Origin: a virus | DNA length: 57,091 nt | Reading direction: 5' to 3' (one strand) | IMG/VR virus record: IMGVR_UViG_3300018915_000004 | Span: 1-57,091 of that record | Shown: positions 54,636 to 57,091 of the stretch, in pieces | Layout: each line of letters starts with the position of its first letter | Position numbering within the stretch: position 1 is the first letter of the stretch | Program-made: the position numbers and the translations under genes | Notes under the pieces: model-generated | Seen by the model: the letters and a program-made list of their open reading frames with translations, nothing else | Database searches by the model: none | Told to the model about the DNA's origin: nothing

Positions 54636-57091
54636 ATGGCTGTTGATGTAAGAATTCAGGTACAGTTACAGGATTTGACCGCCGCCGGATTTCAGGCAAT
54701 GGCGGCAAACTCCCGCGCCGCTTTTAACTCAATGCAAGGCGGTATTGCAAGGATGCAAGGGGCATCAGGGAGAATAACCGCAACAGGACAGGATCTTGCC
54801 CAAACAGGGTTGATGATTGCCGCGCCTATTGTTGGCGTTGGTGTTGCAGCGGCGCGGGAGGCGATCGCCGTTGAGTCAGCTATGGCAGATGTTAACAAGG
54901 TTTTGGGGCGATCTGAGTCGCAAATGGCAGGAGTAGAGCAAGGGATTATAAACCTATCAACCCGTGCCAAGGATGCTCTGCCCCTGCCTGTTGTCGGCTT
55001 GGCTGATATTGCGGCGGCAGGTGGATCGCTTGGGATTTCCGCCAAGGAGATTTTAGGGTTTACAGAAGTTACGGCAAAAATGGCGACCGCTTTTGACATG
55101 ACTGCTGAGCAAGCAGGAAGCGCGATCGCAAATATGCGGAACGTCTACAGCCTTGATTCTAAAGGCGGTGTAACTGAGGTCACTCAATTAGGGGATACGG
55201 TCAACACGCTTAGCAACAACATGGCGGCGCGAGCGGGTGACATCGTTGAGGCGATGACCAGGATCGGCGGTACTACTCGCAACTTTGGATTAGCCAAGGA
55301 ACAATCAGCCGCGCTTGCTGCTTCAATGATTGCGCTGGGTAACGCGCCTGAATTGGCGGCAACAGCCATTAACAATATTTTGCCAGCGCTTCAAGGCGCT
55401 ACAGGTCAAACCAAGCGCTTTAAAGAGGGTTTGGCAATGGCAGGTATTAGCGCCGAGGGTATGTCCTCAATGGTTCGGAAAGACGGCGTAGCTGCAATTA
55501 ATACTCTACTCATTTCCCTTAACAAGCTAGAGCCACAGTCAAGGACGCTAGCCATACAAAAAATGTTCGGCGCGGGTATTGATGCTCGTGTACTGGCAAC
55601 GCTAAGCAACGACGCTGGACAGTTTGCCAGAGCGCTAGGACTTGTTAGCGATCGTGGCAAGATGGCAGGGTCAATGCAGCGAGAATTCGAGATCCGGGCA
55701 GCGACAACTGGCAACAGCCTGATCATCATGAAAAACAACCTAACGGCAATGGCGATCACGTTAGGCAAGATACTTCTACCGACGATTAATCAGCTAGTAA
55801 GAATTATCAATCCTATCCTTTCAGGAATAGCGGCATTTGCTGAAGCTAACCCAGGCTTAACACGCTTGATTGTCACTGGGCTAGCTGTAACAGCCGCTTT
55901 TGGTGGGTTGCTCGTGATTGCTGGCAGTTTGGTGTTTTTTGCAGGGCAAGCCATTGGAGCAATCGCAGGTATCGCGGGCGCAATTGGTTTTGTTGCTACA
56001 GCCGCGACAGGTGGAACGGTTGCGGTTGGCGGTTTGGTTGCCTCAACAGGGGTAGGAGCGGCGGCGGTTGCTGGCGGCGCTGGTGTTGCTTTTTCCGCTC
56101 TGGCAGCGGTTGCTCTCCCTCTTGGCGTGTTGGCGTTGGGCGCTTTCTTGTTAATCAGGAATTGGCGCAAAATTCCCGCCTTTTTCTCTGGGCTATGGTC
56201 TGCGATCGCAAATAGTAGTAAGGCGCTGTGGGCTGGCTTAATTTTAGGATGGCGAACTGTTACAAGCGAGATTGCCAGATCAAGAAATGTTGTTGTTTTT
56301 GATACTGAAACAGCAACAGGACAAACCAAGCAATTTAGGCAAGGTCTGGCAATGGCAGGTATCAGCGCCGATCAAATGTCCTCAATGGTTCAAAAGGACG
56401 GCGTAGGCGCGATTGATCGCTTGATTGATTCTCTTGATGACTTGGATCAAGCGTCTCGCAGAGTAGCAATAAAAAAGATCTTTTTTTCTGGCAATGATAC
56501 TCAAGCCGTCTCATCGCTAGGAAGTAGCGCGGCTCATCTTTCTACAGCGTTTAAATCAGTTGGCGATCAAGGAAAAGTTGCCGGATCAGTGCAACAAAAA
56601 TTTGCTATCAGTGCATCAACAACAGCGATCGCAACCGCAAGACTAGAGAGCAATCTCGCGTCAATCTCTCTTATTCTGTCAAAAGGTATAATTCCTGCAC
56701 TCAATCAACTGGTAGCAATGATTGATCCGGCTGCTGCTAAGTTGTCAGCATTTGCCGAAGCTAACCCAGAGGTAACAAAACTAGCTATAGGCGCTTTAGC
56801 TGCTGTCGGCGCTTTTGGTAGCTTGTTTGTTATTGCTGATAAAGTTGCTTCTCGCGTTGCGGGAATGTTTGCGCCCATTGAACCCGCTAAGGCAGCAATT
56901 GACAAAGCAACAGCCTCAGCATCAAAGGGCGCTGTGTCGGCTGCTAAGTTCGCCTACCAGGGCGCTGAGGCGTTTGTTTCCATAGGGTTGATTACTACCG
57001 CCCTGGCTGCTGTAGCGGGTGCTACGCTGCCTATATCTGCAATCGTCGGCTTGGCTGTAGGCGCTTGGTTGGTGGTCAAGAATTGGCGGCA
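54636..57091 (+). CDS. tail tape measure protein, N-terminal part (runs off the window end and continues at base 128)
   Basis: Hand-translated from ATG 54636 with no stop through 57091 (MAVDVRIQVQLQDL...AMADVNKVLG...). Absent from the ORF track because it has no stop inside the window. The - strand ORFs across this span are shadows. Confidence 0.85.
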   Translation, partial: MAVDVRIQVQLQDLTAAGFQAMAANSRAAFNSMQGGIARMQGASGRITATGQDLAQTGLMIAAPIVGVGVAAAREAIAVESAMADVNKVLGRSESQMAGVEQGIINLSTRAKDALPLPVVGLADIAAAGGSLGISAKEILGFTEVTAKMATAFDMTAEQAGSAIANMRNVYSLDSKGGVTEVTQLGDTVNTLSNNMAARAGDIVEAMTRIGGTTRNFGLAKEQSAALAASMIALGNAPELAATAINNILPALQGATGQTKRFKEGLAMAGISAEGMSSMVRKDGVAAINTLLISLNKLEPQSRTLAIQKMFGAGIDARVLATLSNDAGQFARALGLVSDRGKMAGSMQREFEIRAATTGNSLIIMKNNLTAMAITLGKILLPTINQLVRIINPILSGIAAFAEANPGLTRLIVTGLAVTAAFGGLLVIAGSLVFFAGQAIGAIAGIAGAIGFVATAATGGTVAVGGLVASTGVGAAAVAGGAGVAFSALAAVALPLGVLALGAFLLIRNWRKIPAFFSGLWSAIANSSKALWAGLILGWRTVTSEIARSRNVVVFDTETATGQTKQFRQGLAMAGISADQMSSMVQKDGVGAIDRLIDSLDDLDQASRRVAIKKIFFSGNDTQAVSSLGSSAAHLSTAFKSVGDQGKVAGSVQQKFAISASTTAIATARLESNLASISLILSKGIIPALNQLVAMIDPAAAKLSAFAEANPEVTKLAIGALAAVGAFGSLFVIADKVASRVAGMFAPIEPAKAAIDKATASASKGAVSAAKFAYQGAEAFVSIGLITTALAAVAGATLPISAIVGLAVGAWLVVKNWR
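56965..57091. repeat. terminal overlap, identical to 1-127
   Basis: See feature 1-127. Confidence 0.9.

Noticed and set aside
54692-56905. Five - strand ORFs (54692..55099, 55184..55375, 55406..55768, 55790..56329, 56705..56905)
   Set aside because: All are antisense to the uninterrupted + strand tape measure ORF that starts at 54636. That ORF is missing from the track only because it has no stop inside the window.

Overview
The window is a complete, circularly closed phage genome: bases 1-127 are identical to 56965-57091, so the unit length is 56,964 bp. About 80 genes are tightly packed. The octamer GCGATCGC (HIP1) occurs roughly 2-4 times per kb wherever I checked, which points to a HIP1-rich cyanobacterial host.

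Structural genes (+ strand, 41917 -> junction -> 8493): small and large terminase, portal, scaffold, lambda gpE-like capsid, head-tail genes, tail sheath, tail tube, and a tail chaperone with a -1 frameshift. A roughly 1,321-aa tape measure protein spans the window junction. It is followed by a P2-like baseplate set (gpU, X, D, V, W, J, I) and a tail fibre.

Replication, recombination and accessory genes (mostly - strand, 8592-40204): M15 endolysin, C5 DNA methyltransferase, a ParB-domain/Dam-like fusion, an SF2 helicase, an orphan SNF2 C-lobe, and a RHH-Rep operon with iterons inside rep. Also a Rad52-like annealing protein, a RusA-like resolvase, an FHA-domain protein, three paralogous HNH endonucleases, and many ORFs with no recognisable motif. 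I found no integrase, tRNA, CRISPR array, viral RNA polymerase or sigma factor.

Main finding: a 26-bp quasi-palindrome (AAGATnnnnCAAATTTGnnnnATCTT) occurs 32 times, almost always at gene boundaries. One set sits about 13 nt upstream of a conserved extended -10 decamer (GTGTTATACT, six exact copies). Another set ends 3-5 nt before a start codon.

Other leads: three candidate non-coding RNA loci, a repeat-dense 345-bp spacer, and an iteron-type origin.

Limits: all protein calls rest on motifs recognised by eye, and no database search was run. Coordinates of short elements were hand-indexed against ORF boundaries and could be off by 1-2 nt.
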